Assembly: GCA_000004695.1 (NCBI GenBank)
Contig: CM000151.3
Coordinates: forward strand, 5,248,001 to 5,312,000
Length of the DNA stretch: 64,000 nt
Direction: 5' to 3'
Source: Dictyostelium discoideum
Lineage: Eukaryota
The position numbers and the translations under genes were made by a program. This document shows, piece by piece, positions 52,729 to 64,000 of the stretch. The first letter of the stretch is position 1. Each line of letters begins with the position of its first letter. Under the pieces are notes generated by a model. The model worked only from the letters and a program-made list of their open reading frames with translations. It did no database searches and was not told the origin of the DNA.

Positions 52729-53704
52729 TATTTTTTTTTTTTTATTTTTTTTTTTTATTTTTTATTTATTTTTTTTTTTTTCTAAATTTAGATTTTTATT
52801 TATATTTTATAAATCTAGAAAAAAAATAATAATAAAATAAAATTTTGTTTATATCTTTGGTTTTTTTTTTTTCTTTTTTTTTTTTTTGTGTTTTTATTTT
52901 CTATTTTTTAATTACACTAATAAAATAAGTTTAAAATTAGAATTTGACTTTTTTTTTAATTCAAAAATAAAAAAAAAATAAAAAAATAAAAAAATGATAA
53001 AAAAAAAAATAATAAAAATAAAAATAAAAAATAAAAAACCAAACCAATAATAAAAAATTTATTAATAAATTTTTTATTTTTGGTACGAGTTGTTAAACCC
53101 CATAAATTAATCTATTTTTAAAACTTACAATATATACAAATATATATGTTACCAACCAACAAAAAATCAAAAAAAAAAAAATAAAAAAATAAAAAAATAA
53201 TAAAAAAAATCAAAAAAAAAAAAAAAAAAAAAATTTTAAAAAAGAAAAAAAAAAAAAAAAAAAAAAAAAACAAAAAACCAAAAAAAAAAAAAAAAAAAAA
53301 AAATAAAATAAAATAAAAAAATATTTAATCAAGGTTTTAAAATTATTTCATTGATCAAAAATGATGATTCCCAACATCAATTTTTTATTAAAAAAAAAAA
53401 AAAAAAGATATCTTTATTGTTAAATATATTTTTTATTTTTTTTATTTTTTTGGGTTTTGTTTTTTTTATATTTTATTTTACAACGTTGTAAATGACTTAA
53501 TTTGGATTTCCTTTTTTTTATTTTTTTAATTTTAAATTTTTAATTATTATTTTATTTTTATTTCAATTACTTAATAGTCAAAAAAATTATTTTATTTTAT
53601 TTTATTTTATTTTATTTTATTTTATTTTAATTTATTTTATTTTAATAACTAAAATTTTTTTTTTTTTTTTGGAAAAAATCTTTTATGATAATGCGAGCTT
53701 TAAA

Positions 53705-53736
<32 letters not shown>

Positions 53737-54019
53737 CAAAAAATATTTTTTTTTTTATTTTTTTTTTTAATTTTTTTTTAATTTTAAAATTGTTGTCTGA
53801 AAAAAAATAGAATCATTAATTTAAATAAACTAAAATTTGTGGTTGTTTTTATTTATTTATTTATTTTTATTTATTTATTTATTTTTATTTATTTATTTTT
53901 ATTTATTTATTTTTATTTATTCATTTTTTTTTTTTCAAATTTTTTTTTTTAATTTTTTAATTTTTTTTTTTTTATTTAATTTTTTATATTTATTTATTTT
54001 GTAATATTCATTTGCTACA

Positions 54020-54053
<34 letters not shown>

Positions 54054-54162
54054 AAAACTCGTAATAACTTTAAACTGTAAAATAAAAATAAAATTAAAGA
54101 TATTAAAAATAATTACACATCAAAATAATTTTTGTTATTAATTTTTTTTTTTTTAAAAATTG

Positions 54163-54194
<32 letters not shown>

Positions 54195-54284
54195 ACATTC
54201 AATAATTAAAAAAAAAAAAAACAATACCAGTAAATAATTTTAAAAAAAAAAAAAAAAAAAAGATATAGATAGAGAGGGGAGCAA

Positions 54285-54308
54285 AAGAGAGAGAGAGAGA
54301 GAGAGAGG
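54285..54308. repeat. (GA)12 dinucleotide repeat 40 bp upstream of the Furry start codon
   Basis: agagagagagagagagagagagagg immediately 5' of the ATG at 54345. It may be a promoter or 5'UTR element. Confidence 0.7.
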
Positions 54309-54344
54309 AAATAAAAAACATAATAGAGAAGTGATAATCAAATA

Positions 54345-63304
<8,960 letters not shown>

Positions 63305-63439
63305 AAAATTAATTAAAAAAAAAAAAAAAGTAATAAAAAAATAATATTTTGTAGCATATAGTAAAAAAAATTATCAAATATTTATTTTATTTATTTTTTT
63401 ATTTTATTTTATTTTATTTTAATTATTTATTTAATTTAT

Positions 63440-64000
63440 TTAATTAATTAATTTTTCCTTTTTCTTTAAAACTAACTTTATGGAATCAATTGTTAAATTT
63501 TTACAAATTGAAGATAATTTTGAAGAATCTAATAAAATTGTTCCATTTTCTTTTGTTAAATTCCAATCACTAATATTAATATTTGGATCAATTTCATTTC
63601 TTAAAATATCTTTTAACTCTAAAAATGTATGATCTAAAATTGCTTCAATTTCAAAAGTTTGTAAAAATTTTTCAGAATTAATATCTTGAATGATATCGAT
63701 TGTAACTGTAATAGTTTTTGGTTCTATTGAAAAAATAGGTTGTTTAGTTGTTGTATGTTTAATTGGAGAAATAATATTATTAATTGTTGATTGTAAAAAT
63801 GATGTTTCATTTGATTTTGAAGGAGCTAAATTTTGATTTTGATTTTTACTTTGAGTTATTAAATCTTTTTCATTTTTAATTTTACAAAGTTGAACTGCTT
63901 TTGTTAATAATCTAAGATATTGAATATCTTTTGAAATATCTTTAGTTGTTTCATTTTCAGTGTAATTATTAATAATAAAAGTATTTGATTTTTGAATTGA
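63440..64000 (-). CDS. 3'-terminal part of a gene that continues beyond the right edge of the window (unknown function)
   Basis: 187 stop-free codons on the minus strand in AT-rich DNA (...ITVTIDIIQDINSEKFLQTFEIEAILDHTFLELKDILRNEIDPNINISDWNLTKENGTILLDSSKLSSICKNLTIDSIKLVLKKKEKLIN*), with the stop at 63440..63442. It is absent from the track because there is no start codon in the window. Confidence 0.4.
   Translation of the reverse strand, partial: SIQKSNTFIINNYTENETTKDISKDIQYLRLLTKAVQLCKIKNEKDLITQSKNQNQNLAPSKSNETSFLQSTINNIISPIKHTTTKQPIFSIEPKTITVTIDIIQDINSEKFLQTFEIEAILDHTFLELKDILRNEIDPNINISDWNLTKENGTILLDSSKLSSICKNLTIDSIKLVLKKKEKLIN

Overview
The window is AT-rich (about 75-80% A+T) with very long poly(A)/poly(T) runs, spliceosomal GT...AG introns of 65-265 nt, and poly-Asn/poly-Gln coding tracts. 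This is a eukaryotic nuclear genome typical of Dictyostelium discoideum, and the gene content (galE, gpbB/RACK1, cln5) is consistent with that organism. There are no prokaryotic features (no CRISPR, rRNA or operons).

About 21 protein-coding genes can be supported from the six-frame track plus hand-derived intron boundaries. Left to right they are:
- a 3-exon SDR/17beta-HSD12-like ketoacyl reductase;
- an Asn-rich hypothetical protein;
- UDP-glucose 4-epimerase (galE, 2 exons);
- two secreted low-complexity proteins;
- a BAR-RhoGAP;
- RACK1 (gpbB);
- a tandem duplicated mini-gene, one copy pseudogenised;
- a PQ-loop membrane protein;
- CLN5;
- a METTL6-like tRNA methyltransferase;
- an arfaptin/ICA69-like BAR protein;
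- an ARM-like protein whose first exon is only the ATG;
- a CWH43/PGAP2IP-like protein (multi-TM plus EEP domain);
- a ~1770-aa protein with a Cys-rich ectodomain and C-terminal 7TM;
- a pair of FNIP-repeat protein kinase paralogues;
- a 2284-aa DOCK-family GEF;
- a 2858-aa Furry (Fry/Tao3) homologue with a 38-codon (CAA)n tract;
- a 5'-truncated gene at the right edge.

A tRNA hotspot at 40.5-42.3 kb holds an intron-containing tRNA (anticodon UGU by position), tRNA-His(GUG), a degenerate tRNA-His copy and a possible tRNA 3'-half fragment, all next to unusually complex non-coding DNA that may be retroelement remnants. I found no obviously novel multi-gene system.

The most interesting items are the FNIP-kinase pair joined by a +1 frame offset, the tRNA/retroelement-like locus, the 7TM giant receptor-like gene, the tandem mini-gene duplication, and GC-richer islands with a terminal inverted repeat at 0.3-0.85 kb that could be a small ncRNA.

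All splice sites were derived by eye and should be checked against RNA-seq or ESTs.
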